A stretch of DNA of 64,000 nucleotides, from NCBI GenBank assembly GCA_964016885.1, contig OZ024758.1:23002001-23066000 (forward strand), read 5' to 3'. This document shows, in pieces, positions 17,262 through 31,283 of the stretch (position 1 is its first letter; the number at the start of each line of letters is the position of its first letter). The translations under genes were made by a program, and so were the position numbers. Under the pieces are notes generated by a model that had not been told where the DNA came from, searched no databases, and saw only the letters and a list, made by a program, of their open reading frames with translations. The stretch is from Eledone cirrhosa (taxonomy: Eukaryota).

Positions 17262-17682
17262 TATGAATACAGACATAGAATATTCGAAAATATTCTGTAT
17301 GTTTATAATAAACATTTTGAAGACCTAATCGCTATAGAATAGAATACGTCACGTATTACAATTAGATTCTCGATAAAAGCAAGGGAAGTAATCTACGCGT
17401 TTCATTCTCGTAGAAATCATCAGGACTACATATCCAGTGCTTTTATCGAGAATGACACAGCCAGAGACTTATAGAATACTTAGCTGTGTACAGGAACTGG
17501 TTTGAAAGAGCGGTTGCCGGTCCGGCAGAAATTAGAAATTGGAATAAATGCTCTGAAACAGCGATATATATGTGAATACGATTAGGTCTTCAAAATGTTT
17601 ATTATAAACATACAGAATATTTTCGAATATTCTATGTCTGTATTCACATATATATCGCTGTTTCAGAGCATTTATTCCAATT

Positions 17683-17683
<1 letters not shown>
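17262..17683. mobile_element. Nested fold-back element in (TA)n
   Basis: 17262-17330 is inverted to 17579-17650, and 17536-17579 is inverted to 17641-17683. Confidence 0.6.
17388..17429 (-). ncRNA. Minimal hammerhead ribozyme with canonical core
   Basis: Reverse strand reads gtagtc CTGATGA tttctacgagaat GAAA cgcg TA gattac; 6-bp stem I, palindromic ACGCGT stem III. Confidence 0.85.
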
Positions 17684-17713
<30 letters not shown>

Positions 17714-17732
17714 ATTTATATATATATATATT

Positions 17733-17763
<31 letters not shown>

Positions 17764-17796
17764 TTATATATATATATATTTATATATATATATATT

Positions 17797-17827
<31 letters not shown>

Positions 17828-17903
17828 ATTTATATATATATTTATATATATATATATTATATATATTTATATATATTTATATATATATTTATATATATAT
17901 ATT

Positions 17904-17939
<36 letters not shown>

Positions 17940-17988
17940 TATATATATATATTTATATATATATTTATATATATATATTTATATATTA

Positions 17989-18046
<58 letters not shown>

Positions 18047-18054
18047 ATATTATT

Positions 18055-18111
<57 letters not shown>

Positions 18112-18153
18112 ATATATATATATTTTATATATATATATATATTTATATATATT

Positions 18154-18204
<51 letters not shown>

Positions 18205-18271
18205 ATTTATATATATTTATATATATAAATATATATATGTCAAATTTATTTATAAAACGGTTTATATATTG

Positions 18272-18337
18272 TATTTTGTCTGAGGAAGGCATACCATATT
18301 TTTAATATGGTATCCCTGAAATATATATAATGAAATA
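18272..18337 (+). ncRNA. Hammerhead ribozyme
   Basis: tattttgt CTGAGGA [stem II ataccatatt/aatatggtat] GAAA tatata TA atgaaata. Confidence 0.7.
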
Positions 18338-18565
18338 AATATGGTTTTATAAATATAGTTTCCATTTGTTTAATATCGTATATATTTATATATATTTATA
18401 TATATATATATATTTATATATATTTATATATATATATATTTATATATATTTATATATATATATATTTATATATATTTATATATATATATATTTATATATA
18501 TATATATTTATATATATATATTTATATATATATATATTTATATATATATTTTATATATATATATT

Positions 18566-18596
<31 letters not shown>

Positions 18597-18853
18597 ATAT
18601 TTATATATATTTATATATATATATTTATATATATTTATATATATATATTATATATATATATTTATATATATATATATTTATATATACAATATTAAATAAA
18701 TGGAAAAACTATATTTATAAAACCATATTTATTTCATTATATATATTTCGGGGATATCATATTAACAATATGCTATGCCTTCATCAGACAAAATACAATA
18801 TAAACAGTTTTATAGATCTATAAAACTGTTTATCTATAAAACTGTTTATATTG

Positions 18854-18919
18854 TATTTTGTCTGATGAAGGCATAGCATATTGTTAATATGATATCCCCG
18901 AAATATATATAATGAAATA
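18854..18919 (+). ncRNA. Hammerhead ribozyme (mirror copy at 18730-18795, minus strand) in fold-back element about 18686-19031
   Basis: tattttgt CTGATGA aggcatagcatattgttaatatgatatcccc GAAA tatata TA atgaaata; palindrome centre at about 18815. Confidence 0.72.
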
Positions 18920-19604
18920 AATATGGTTTTATAAATATAGTTTTCCATTTATTTAATATTGTAAATATACTCCAAGTATTTGTCGAGTGCTTTTATATCA
19001 GTTATAAATATTTACTAGTTGTAACCCAACANNNNNNNNNNNNNNNNNNNNNNNNNNNNNNNNNNNNNNNNNNNNNNNNNNNNNNNNNNNNNNNNNNNNN
19101 NNNNNNNNNNNNNNNNNNNNNNNNNNNNNNNNNNNNNNNNNNNNNNNNNNNNNNNNNNNNNNNNNNNNNNNNNNNNNNNNNNNNNNNNNNNNNNNNNNNN
19201 NNNNNNNNNNNNNNNNNNNNNNNNNNNNNNNTATATATTATATATATATATATTATATATATATATTATATATATATATATTATATATATATATATTATA
19301 TATATATATTATATATATATATATTATATATATATATATTATATATATATATATTATATATAATATATATTATATATATTATATATATATATTATATATA
19401 TATATTATATATATATATTATATATATATATTATATATATATATATTATATATATATATTATATATATATATTATATATATATATATTATATATATATAT
19501 TATATATATTATATATATATATTATATATATATATATATTATATATATATATTATATATATTATATATATATATTATATATATTATATATATATATATTA
19601 TATA

Positions 19605-19682
<78 letters not shown>

Positions 19683-19882
19683 ATATTATATTATATATAT
19701 ATATTATATATATATATATTATATATATATATTATATATATATATATTATATATATATATTATATATTATATATATATATATTATATATATATATTATAT
19801 ATATATATATTATATATATATATTATATATATTATATATATATATATTATATATATATATTATATATTATATATATATATAT

Positions 19883-19915
<33 letters not shown>

Positions 19916-20762
19916 ATATATATATTATATATATATATTATATATATATATTATATATATATATTATATATATATTATATATATATTATATATATATATT
20001 ATATATATATTATATATTATATATATATTATATATATATTATATATATATTATATATATTATATATATATTATATATTATATATATATTATTTATATATA
20101 TATATTATATATATATTATAAATTATATATATATTATTTATATATATATATTATATATATATATTATATATTATATATATATATTATATATATATATTAT
20201 ATATATTATATATATATATTATTTATATATTATATATATATATTATTATATATATATATTATATATATATAATTATATATATATATATTATATATATATA
20301 TTATATATATATATTATATATATATATTATATATATATATTATATATATATATTATATATATATATTATATATATATATTATATATATATATTATATATA
20401 TATATTATATATATATATTATATATATATATTATATATCTATATTATATATCTATATTATATATATATATTATATATATATATTATATATATATATTATA
20501 TATATATATTATATATAATATATTATATATATATATTATATATCTATATTATATATCTATATTATATATCTATATTATATATCTATATTATATATCTATA
20601 TTATATATCTATATTATATATCTATATTATATATCTATATTATATATATCTATATTATATATATCTATATTATATATATATTATATCTATATTATATCTA
20701 TATTATATCTATATTATATCTATATTATATCTATATTATATCTATATTATATCTATATTATA

Positions 20763-21661
20763 TCTATATTATATTATATATATAAAACAGATGATGTCTG
20801 TGTGTCTGTTTCCCTAAAACTCGAGAAGTACCCAACCGGTTTTTTACAAACTTTATACATGTAACTTGTATGACCCCGGAAGTGTTTTGAGCAAAAAATT
20901 TCTAATTTTCAATGCCCTAGGGACCGCATTAGGCGATTTAGCGATCTCTTTCTCTTAGTCTTTCTCTTTTTATATAGATACATAGATATGACGTCGCGCC
21001 TTCATAATTGTTTCTACTTTTGGCACAAGGCCAGCAATAACCCAGTGTATTACTGGTACTTTATTTTATCGACCCCATAAGGATGAAAGGCAAAGTTAAC
21101 CTCGCGCCTTCATAATATCTGTCTGTATGCCTGACTGTCTGCATTACATCATTATGACGCGATCAGTGTGTGTGTGTATATATATTCTTATGCCAGGGAA
21201 CGTCTTCACGAACCAAAGTATCGTCTTCCTGTTTTCCAGATTGATTTTTTTAGTTTAAGAAGATCCCGTTGAGGTTGAAAGCAGCGATTCTTTGCTTAAA
21301 CATTAATATGTTATTTTAATATAGATATTCGTGTCCAGATATTTTTGCATACACAAAAACAAAATATAAACAAACAAGGCCAAAGATTACATCAATTAGT
21401 CTTAGTGTATGTACTTCATACTGCTTTTAGGTAGAGTATCCCGTTAAGGGTGAAAGCAGTGATTCTTTGCTTAAACGTTAGTCTGTTATTTTAATATATA
21501 TATATATATAATTATATATTTATGGACAGATATTTTTGCATATAACAATAACAAAATATAAACAAACGTATTTATTTCACGAGGTTCGATAAGGATAAAT
21601 ATATATCAAATATATAAGAACCCTATAGCAAATCCCGAGCAACGCCGGGCCATTCTGCTAG
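20763..21661 (+). mobile_element. Non-autonomous Helitron
   Basis: 5' TC-TATA..TATAAAA start; 3' hairpin cccgagcaacgccggg followed by CTAG|T at 21658-21662. Confidence 0.7.
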
Positions 21662-21708
21662 TATTATATATATTATATATATTATATTATATTATATTAT
21701 ATATATTG

Positions 21709-21893
21709 GGCGGTGGATTGGCAGTATCGGTAGAGGGTCGGACGCCATGCTTTCCAGCATAGTTACGTCCCTTTACGATCTGAGTTCAAATCCCGCCGAG
21801 GTTAACTTTGCCTTTCATCCTTACGGGGTCGATAAAATAAAGTACCAGTAATGCACTGGGTATTGCTGGCCTTTTTCCTAAAGTAGAAACAAT
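21709..21893 (+). mobile_element. Dominant tRNA-derived SINE (about 185 bp), representative full copy. More than 25 copies in the window, e.g. 1192, 2060, 2960, 3520, 27263, 33755, 34060, 35036, 36738, 40476, 45940, 47458, 51476, 54693
   Basis: A-box TGGCAGTATCGG, B-box GAGTTCAAATCC, central GCCTTTCATCCTTACGGGGTCGATAAAATAAAGTACCAG (resembles the Meta domain, from memory). TSDs include ctgataat around 40476-40660 and gttattgtaacatgacaaa around 54693-54868. Confidence 0.9.
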
Positions 21894-22207
21894 TGTATTA
21901 TATATATTATATATATTATATTATATATATTAATATATATAATATAAATAATATATATAATATAAATAATATATATATTTATATTATATATATTATTTAT
22001 ATTATATATATTATTTATATTATATATATTATTTATATTATTTATATTATATATATTATTTATATTATATATATTATTTATATTATTTATATTATATATA
22101 TTATATATATTATTTATATTATATATATTATATATATAATGTGTGTGTGTGTTTTGGAATTTGTTTTGCACGATTTCTTATCTGAAAACATGTGTTGAAA
22201 CATATTG

Positions 22208-22475
22208 TTATACTTTGGGAAGGTCAGGCTGCCATTAAAAATACGCACCTGTTGCTTTTCACTTCAATTTATTATATATTTCCGGTTGGTTGGTTCGATA
22301 ACCGGAAGATTGTTTATATATTGTCAAAGCTGGTCACAGTGTGTGACAAAAGAGCCTTGACAATATATAAACCATCCGGTTATAGAACCAACCAACCGGA
22401 TTTTATAATAATTGAAGTGAAAACCAACAGATGCGTGTGTTTTTATGGGCAGCATGATCCTCCCAAGATATAACT
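22208..22475. repeat. Diverged palindrome with arms of about 120 bp ending in TA
   Basis: Arms about 22208-22331 and 22352-22473. Confidence 0.7.
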
Positions 22476-22582
22476 ATATATATGTATGTAAAAGGTAAAC
22501 AGAAATAACAAAATAACAACACAATCAGTACAGTATATGGAAGGAATATATTAGGTTAACGCTTGAAATAACAGAAAGAGGA

Positions 22583-22618
22583 TCTTAACGTTTCGGAGGC
22601 TGGTCCTTCATCAGAAGA
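22583..22618 (-). ncRNA. Minimal hammerhead ribozyme
   Basis: Reverse strand reads tctt CTGATGA aggaccagcctcc GAAAcgTT aaga. Confidence 0.65.
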
Positions 22619-23269
22619 AAGAATGAGAAGTTAGATAGATTGAAGGGACGGGCGGGGTGGAATTGGAAAAAAAAATTCTTAGGGAAAAATAACAGGTCCA
22701 TTCATGTTGACATCTCTTGGAAAACTTTTATATATATGATATACTTTTTTTTTAGAAAAGTGAATGATGGCGTGCGTCTACCTGAAACGGAAAAAAAAAA
22801 CTATTTTGTATAAGAGCTATATTTGTGCGCATGCGTGTACATGTAGATGCTGTGTTAGGGCTCTCTCGAACGTTATTAAGCCGACACCCAACCAGGCAAA
22901 GCAAAACTCGTTAGAGAGTGGAGGAACTCAGGGGAGTCGACAGCCATCCTATAGTTTGTAGACAAAGGTCGTTATTCTTGGTTGGGTGTCTGTCTAGGGG
23001 AGGGATCGCTCTGATTTCAAAACCGGGTTAACTACTGGGACTACTTAGTCCCCCAGGTGACAACCTTTCAAGTGGACAACCACTTCCTCCATTTGCTAAA
23101 TGAGGATGACCCCTAGCTCGGTAACCAAACAAACCAGCCGCCGACGTCACCCCCCCCCCCCCCCACCCACCCCCCTCCCCACCCCCGCCGGATTTTAATT
23201 CAGGAGGTACAGCTTCATATAGAGTAGCATTGGTGCTTGTGCTTTTGTCCATGTTCCTAACTCTTAGTA

Positions 23270-23305
<36 letters not shown>

Positions 23306-23321
23306 AAATACATATGTGTAT

Positions 23322-23356
<35 letters not shown>

Positions 23357-24195
23357 AAATATATATATATATATATGTATAAATACATATATGTATAAAT
23401 ATGTGTATATATATATATATATGTATAAATATGTATAAATACATATATGTATAAATATGTGTATATATATATATATATGTATAAATATGTATATATATAT
23501 ATGTATAAATATGTATATATATATATGTATAAATATGTGTATATATATATATATGTATAAATATGTATGTATAAATATGTGTATATATATATATATGTAT
23601 AAATATGTATGTATAAATATGTGTATATATATATATATGTATAAATATGTATGTATAAATATGTGTATATATATATATATATGTATAAATATGTATATAT
23701 ATATATATGTATAAATATGTATATATATATATATATATATGTATAAATATGTATAAATATGTATATATATATATATATATATAAGTTTTAATATAGATGT
23801 CTGCCTTTGTTACTCTAAAAACAAAAATTAAAAATAAACTATAGCTTTGTAGAATTAGCTTTTAATGAATTCCCTTTTCTATCAACCAATGACCTATACC
23901 CATCCCACTCCCCACCCTCTCCTACCACTTGTAGAGACCTATAAATACCATATTTATTTTTTGATACCCAGATTCCTGATGATTTCTAAAGAATGAAACA
24001 GTTCTAGTCCTGTAGAATCTCATCTATATTAAAACTTGTATACTCTGCAATGTATTGAGTACCTTACTTACTGTGGTTACCTCCGATTCAACCCGGAATA
24101 ACATATATATATATATGTATAAATATGTATATATATATATATATATGTATAAATATGTATATATACATATATATATATATGTATAAATATGTATA

Positions 24196-24233
<38 letters not shown>

Positions 24234-24260
24234 GATAAATGTGTGTATATATATATATAA

Positions 24261-24303
<43 letters not shown>

Positions 24304-24612
24304 TATGTATAAATATGTATATATATATATATATGTATAAATATGTATATATATATATATATGTATAAATATGTATATATATATATATGTATAAATATGT
24401 ATATATATATATATATGTATAAATATGTATAAATATGTATATATATGTATATGTATAAATATGTATATATATATATATATGTATAAATATGTATAAATAT
24501 GTATATATATATATATGTATAAATATGTATATATATATATATGTATAAATATGTATATATATATATATATATATATGTATAAATATGTATATATATATAT
24601 ATATATGTATAA

Positions 24613-24662
<50 letters not shown>

Positions 24663-25059
24663 AAATATGTATATATATATATATGTATAAATATGTATAT
24701 ATATATATATGTATAAATATGTATATATATATATATGTATAAATATGTATATATATATATGTATGTATAAATATGTATATATACATATATATGTATGTAT
24801 AAATATGTATATGTATATATATGTATAAATATGTATATATATATATGTATGTATAAATATGTATATATACATATATATATATGTATGTATAAATATGTAT
24901 ATATATATATATATGTATAAATATGTATATATATATATGTATGTATAAATATGTATATATACATATATATATATATGTATACATATGTATATATATATAC
25001 ATATATATATATGTATGTATAAATATGTATATATACATATATATATGTATACATATGTA

Positions 25060-25090
<31 letters not shown>

Positions 25091-25171
25091 GTATGTATAT
25101 GTATACATATGTATATATATATATATACATATATATATATGTATGTATAAATATGTATATATACATATGTA

Positions 25172-25202
<31 letters not shown>

Positions 25203-26065
25203 GTATGTATATGTATACATATGTATATATATATATATACATATATATATATGTATGTATAAATATGTATATATACATATATATATATATATGTATACAT
25301 ATGTATATGTATATACATATATATATATATGTATAAATACATATATGTATAAATATGTATATATATGTGTATATATATGTATACATATATGTATATATAT
25401 GTGTATATATATGTATACATATATGTATATATATGTGTATATATATGTATATATATGTGTATATATATGTGTATATATGTATATATATGTATATATATAT
25501 GTATATATATGTATATATATATGTATATATATATGTATATATGTATACATATATGTATATATATGTATACATATATGTATATATATGTATACATATATGT
25601 ATATATATGTATACATATATGTATATATATGTATACATATATGTATATATGTATACATATATGTATATATGTATACATATATGTATATATGTATACATAT
25701 ATGTATATATGTATACATATATGTATATATGTATACATATATGTATATATGTATACATATATGTATATATGTATACATATATGTATATATGTATACATAT
25801 ATGTATATATGTATACATATATGTATATATGTATACATATATGTATATATGTATACATATATGTATATATATGTATACATATATGTATATATGTATACAT
25901 ATATGTATATATGTATACATATATGTATATATGTATACATATATGTATATATGTATACATATATGTATATATGTATATATATATGTATATATGTATATAT
26001 ATATGTATACATATATGTATATATATATATATATGTATATGTATATATATATGTATACATATATG

Positions 26066-26115
<50 letters not shown>

Positions 26116-26283
26116 CATATATGTATATATATATATATGTATACATATATGTATATATATACACATATATGTATACATATATGTATATATATATATATGT
26201 ATACATATATGTATATATATATATATATGTATACATATATGTATATATATATGTATACATATATGTATATATATATGTATACA

Positions 26284-26320
<37 letters not shown>

Positions 26321-26396
26321 ACATATATGTATATATATATATATATATATATGTATACATATATGTATATATATATATGTATACATATATGTATAT

Positions 26397-26427
<31 letters not shown>

Positions 26428-26850
26428 CATATATGTATATATATATATGTATACATATATGTATATATATGTGTATATATATGTATATATATGTATATAT
26501 ATGTGTATATATATGTGTATATATATGTGTATATATATGTGTATATATGTATATATATGTATATATATATGTATATATATATGTATATATGTATACATAT
26601 ATGTATACATATATGTATATATATGTATACATATATGTATATATGTATACATATATGTATATATATGTATACATATATGTATATATATGTATACATATAT
26701 GTATATATGTATACATATGTATATATATGTATACATATATGTATATATGTATACATATATGTATACATATATGTATACATGTATATATATATGTATACAT
26801 ATGTATATATATATGTATACATATATGTATATATGTATACATATATGTAT
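23270..26850. repeat. Complex (TA)/(TATG)/(TACA) microsatellite, about 3.5 kb
   Basis: Direct reading; source of the 500-930 aa YI/MY artefact ORFs. Confidence 0.97.
23970..24020 (+). ncRNA. Hammerhead ribozyme in a Penelope-like LTR fragment (about 23780-24103) embedded in TA-rich satellite
   Basis: agattc CTGATGA tttc taaa gaat GAAA cag ttctagtc ctg TA gaatct; a TATAAATA box lies at 23940. Confidence 0.82.
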
Positions 26851-27539
26851 CAGTTTAGCGGACGCTTATTATAACGCCGCTTTGTTCGTTTGTAAACAAA
26901 CTGAACAGCCTGAATTTTTATGCCGTACGGTGTTAAGGCAACCACGTCACCTTTTTGTTCAACACTGACACAGGAACGATGTACTAGTTTCAAGCTTGTT
27001 AGCTATCATCTTAAATATCATCTATTATATTAAAAGTTGAAATGTGTCTCAAGCATATCTCAGATTCCTTGGCCTCGTGCAACTGCGAAAACAAGACGTT
27101 TATACTCTTTGGTCTCTAATGCACTGCCCTATAGGTAAACGCCTGTTATGAAGAGTGTACTTATTACGTTGATTGTGCATACGCCATATATCTAATCCAT
27201 GTGTATTAAATAAGAACTCGGGAAAAGTGGAAACAATTTTAATGAATTTGTAATTATTATAGAATTGTTTCTACTTTTGGCACAAGGCCAGCAATTACCC
27301 AGTGCATTACTGGTACTTTATTTTATCGACCCCGTAAGGATGAAAGGCAAAGTTAACCTCAGCGGGATTTGAATTCAGACCATAAAGAGCCGTAACTCTT
27401 TGCTGCAAAGCATGGCCTCAGACCCTCTACCGATACTGCCAAATATAAGCAAATGAGATTAATCACCTCATTCACACAGACGAGAAAACCATATATTCTC
27501 GCCTGTTTTCAAGTCCAGCAGTCGCAAGAGTTGGAGGGA

Positions 27540-27581
27540 TCGTCTTGATGAGGACCAGTTAAGTTCGAAATGCATCGACGA
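27540..27581 (+). ncRNA. Minimal hammerhead ribozyme (U3 variant)
   Basis: tcgtc TTGATGA ggac cagttaa gttc GAAA tgca TC gacga; perfect 5-bp stem I, palindromic ATGCAT. The downstream tail 27590-27750 resembles 36590-36735. Confidence 0.78.
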
Positions 27582-27879
27582 GTGTGCCCCTTGCTTCTGC
27601 TTGACACCACTTGAGGCCGATAGCCCCGTGTTTTGCATAGCTACGGCTTTCTAAATGTTTACCTATAAACATACTGTATTTCTTTAGAAATATGAAATTT
27701 CAATACATATCTGTATACGGCTATACATGAAGCTAATTCCTAATTCTATAATATTTTATATTTTTTTCTTGAAATACTTGGACTCTTAAAATGATTTTGA
27801 AAATTAATAATAGAGTAGAAGCTAGAGCGTTGCGAGGTAAATCATTAATTGAAGTAAAATCATTTTTATAACTTGTGGA

Positions 27880-28190
27880 AACCGGAATCTCTCCCTCATC
27901 TCGTTTGTCCCGTAGTCTGGGGGACCGTTGGGGTGTCACAAATGACCTGGCAACCAGCTCCTTCCAACCAACTCCTTCCAACCAACTCCTTCCATTCCTC
28001 TCGTCTCTCCACCCTCCTCGATGTCGCACCCAACTTCATACCTGTCCATTCCGGAATGTTGTCCTCCCATCTCTTTTTCTTGTCTGCTTCTTTTCCTCCC
28101 TCCTTGTACTGTTCCCTGCAGGACAGTCTTGGCAAGCCCTGAAGATCTTGTAACATGCCCCTACCATCTCAATTTGCGTTGTTGAACTCT
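27880..28190 (-). mobile_element. RTE-clade LINE 3' remnant (same family at 44600-44825 and 45090-45380)
   Basis: GHVTRSSGLAKTVLQGTVQGGRKR..KRWEDNIPEWTG motif. Confidence 0.8.
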
Positions 28191-28279
28191 CCAGAAGCAA
28201 TACTTGGTACAATAATAAAATGACATGAAGAATTGTTATGAATTCCAGTTTTATATTAGATCTGTACCCAATCTAAGTA

Positions 28280-28550
28280 CCCATGCTCAGGACAGGACTG
28301 AGTGGCGAGCCCTTACCAGACGCGCCAAAGACTCTTTTGAAGAGAAGAGACAGGCAGAGGTCACTGAGGCCCGTGAAAGGAGAAAGGCATCAGCAGCTGC
28401 CCCAAGCGACTCCGGTCTCCTGCCCCCACTGTCCCCGGACCTACAATTCAACGATCGGCCTTCACAGCCACCTTCGTGCCCAAGGCAGACGGGAACTGAA
28501 ATAAAGAAGATGTCATCATCGATTACGATGGACAACCAAGAAGACCCAAT
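28280..28550 (+). mobile_element. RTE-like LINE C-terminal remnant with a C2H2-type finger
   Basis: AQDRTEWRAL...EKRQ..RERRK, then a frameshift to CPHCPRTYNSTIGLHSHLRA. Confidence 0.7.
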
Positions 28551-29229
28551 CTAATCTTAGAAATTTTGAACACCATGACAACATTTTAGGATGCAAAATG
28601 TATTTTAGTTTTACCAATAGAGGTATAAATAAAGAGATTTGGGCGCTTCAACTCTTAAGCATCCGACATAAAGCTGCCTCTGAGCAACTCAGGATTTTTG
28701 CTCATTTATTCCAGCAACCCATAGAATTTGCTTGCCTTTGGCAGAAGAGAAAGTTTTAAGTGTAGAATATTTTTCAGAGGTATTATTGATGGGGGAAAAA
28801 ATTAATGAAAAATTAAATAATTTCATCTTACGGAGAAACTGAAAACAAATGTAACTTTAACTCTTTAACATTTACAGTAATCTATATATACTATTATGTT
28901 TTCATGGTAAAGTCTTTACCTCACGTAATTACCTCACATAATATCGAGTCTATGATATTTTGATATTATTTATTTTGAAAACAATACATTAACATCAGTA
29001 TGAGTGGCTAGTTACAGCCAGTTTGAACAGAAAGAGGTGGGAGAATTCTGGCCGGATATGGCTGGTTTAAATGCTAGAGGGTTAAATAAAAACACAATTG
29101 AAAGATAAGAGAAAGACAAAGACAACAGAGCTTCTGGTCAGCGCCTGTCCCTGTGGTGCAGTCACCTTAACAACGTGGAACATAGGCTCTCTCTCTCTCT
29201 CTCTCTCTTTTTTTCTCTCTCTCTTTCTC

Positions 29230-29287
<58 letters not shown>

Positions 29288-29749
29288 TGGCTCTTCTGGT
29301 CCTGCCTGAATCGCCCCCGAACAACTGTTGATCGCTATAAGGCCGGTCTTTGGAAATGGGGGGGGGGGGGGGATATGCCACCGATGATGATTTCAACTGC
29401 CAATGCGGACAATTACAAACTATGGTTTGCCCCAATCTTGAAGATTCATTCTCACTTAACTACCTTGAAACCTTAACACCCCGGACAAAGCTCTGTGCAC
29501 AATACAACACTGGGTAAGTGTGGTGTGGCGACTCGATAAGAAAAGTGTCCAATTATATAGACAATGGGTACAGATCGACATCTAATATTAACTAAAAGAC
29601 TAGGGAGGTGCATTGGCAGAATCGGTAGAGCGTCGGACAACATGCTTTATGACATAGTTACGCCCCTTTATAATCTGGGTTCAAATCCTGTCGAGGTTAA
29701 CTTTGCCTTTCATCCTTACGGGGTCGATAAAATAAAGTACCAGTAATGT

Positions 29750-30509
29750 CATCATCATCATTCTTCGACTACTGTCGAGATGATGGATCTCATTCTCATG
29801 CCCCAGAATTCCCTGTCCCCCATCGCTGCCCCCAGGTCATGTCTACTGATTCCCGTATCCCTAGAGATCATTATGATCAGAAACAGGACCCGGGAAAGCA
29901 GGGGCTGGACCTATATCAACAGGTATACCATATAGTGTGGTTCCCTGAGAAACAGGAACCCTGGTGCAGTTAGTTGCGAAATCCATCATCTTTTCAAATA
30001 GCTAATAATGTGTGTGGGCGCCACTACTACACACATGTGAAAGAATTTGACAGCCAAGTCTTGAAGAAGGTGCTTTCTCCTCCGTGTGGTGGGTTACCCG
30101 GTGCCAGATACCAACCTGGCATTTATACCCTCGCCTTAATTGTTCGTGTTGCAAGCACTAGAGTAGTCGCTAACCAAAGCTACGGACCCACTCTATCCGT
30201 CTGGAGATATGTTGTACTAGCTTACCAGCATACTAGTAGCAGGAAGTAACGTCAGGGAATGTGACTTTTCCGGCACTGCAGCGCCTTTCGGTGGGCCGTG
30301 CTGGTTTTGGATGGCCATTGACTCCAAGAGCTCTAAGAGCTCCCAGTAGTTCCTTTGCCCTTTGACAGGTTTTGTTTTTAGTCATGCAGGATGTTCAAAG
30401 TCACCCTCCTCACTAAGAAATCTTGGTGGGGTTGCCAGTTTAGTCGCCAACGACCCGACCATGAGACAGGTTGTACTGGGATACATGTTACCAGTAGCAC
30501 CAACTGGTG
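29750..30509 (-). mobile_element. Internally deleted RTE-type LINE (5' region joined to 3' end) inserted into a SINE
   Basis: 11-bp TSD accagtaatgt at 29739 and 30510 splits a SINE. The 3' part translates ISRDTGISRHDLGAAMGDREFW and ends in a (TGA)n tail. Confidence 0.7.
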
Positions 30510-31015
30510 ACCAGTAATGTACTTGGGTCGATTAAGTCGACTTTCCCCTCCTCCAAAATGGTTGGCCTTGTGCCTAAATCCGAAACTAATATTATGAAAT
30601 GTAAAGTGTCAATAAGAGAAGTTAAAATGATATTGAACGACAGCAGAAATGACAACGATAGAGATCTACCCAGATGTCTTTAGAGTGGACATTGTAAATA
30701 TAGTCTGGCTTTTTTCTGAGACATTATTTATGCCATTAAGCCTTCTGGAATCGATTATATAATACCCTATCAATATAATCAACTCTTCCCTCTGACCAAC
30801 ACTTTTGGTCTTGTACTTTTGTAAAAAGGCAATAAAAAGGTTGGTTAAAGAGAAACAAAGCTCACACTTGAAATCAATTGATCTCGCACCTATATATATA
30901 TATTAGAAAGTGAGTTTTTTTTACAAAAATGAAAAAAAACGAGGTGTCCTACACGAGTGAAAGTATAATGAAAAAAGATGAGATCGAAAATGCAATTCGA
31001 ATCTTTTTTTGGTTC

Positions 31016-31051
31016 CTTTACCGGTTTCGCAGTCCTTGTGCTTTTCAAAAG
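31016..31051 (-). ncRNA. Minimal hammerhead ribozyme, U3-A8 core variant, in fold-back element about 30900-31165
   Basis: Reverse strand reads ctt TTGAAAA gca caaggac tgc GAAA ccgg TA aag; palindromic ACCGGT. Confidence 0.68.
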
Positions 31052-31237
31052 TAGAATTGAGATGGAGGGTTTGTGGTTTTTCTCGAAACCGGTAAAGGAA
31101 CCAAATAAATATATTTAAAAAAAAAAGACTCCAGTTGTTATTTCGATTTCATCTTTTTTCCCTATATATATATATATATATATATATTAAAATATAAGTA
31201 TTAATAAAATAGATGTTCTTTTGATCAATTACATTTT

Positions 31238-31283
31238 ATTATACATATTTCGGATGTACAACAGTACGTCCTCATCAGACAAA
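31238..31283 (-). ncRNA. Hammerhead-like motif with a degenerate cleavage-site region
   Basis: Reverse strand reads ttgt CTGATGA ggacgtac tgtt gtacatcc GAAA tatgta taa. Confidence 0.5.

Noticed and set aside
21709-21795. tRNA gene-like A and B boxes
   Set aside because: These are SINE heads; no complete cloverleaf, and each is followed by the SINE body.
22352-22400. TTGACAA...GAAC hammerhead-like core in the 22208-22475 palindrome
   Set aside because: No GAAA and no convincing stems I or III.
24024-26968. ORFs of 500-930 aa rich in Y/I/H/T/M/C
   Set aside because: Open in multiple frames on both strands of a TA/TATG microsatellite; compositional artefact.
30420-30510. Possible HDV-like ribozyme at the 5' end of the bipartite RTE insert (minus strand)
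   Set aside because: P4, CTAA and P2-like parts are visible, but I could not fit P1, P3 and L3 with correct spacing.
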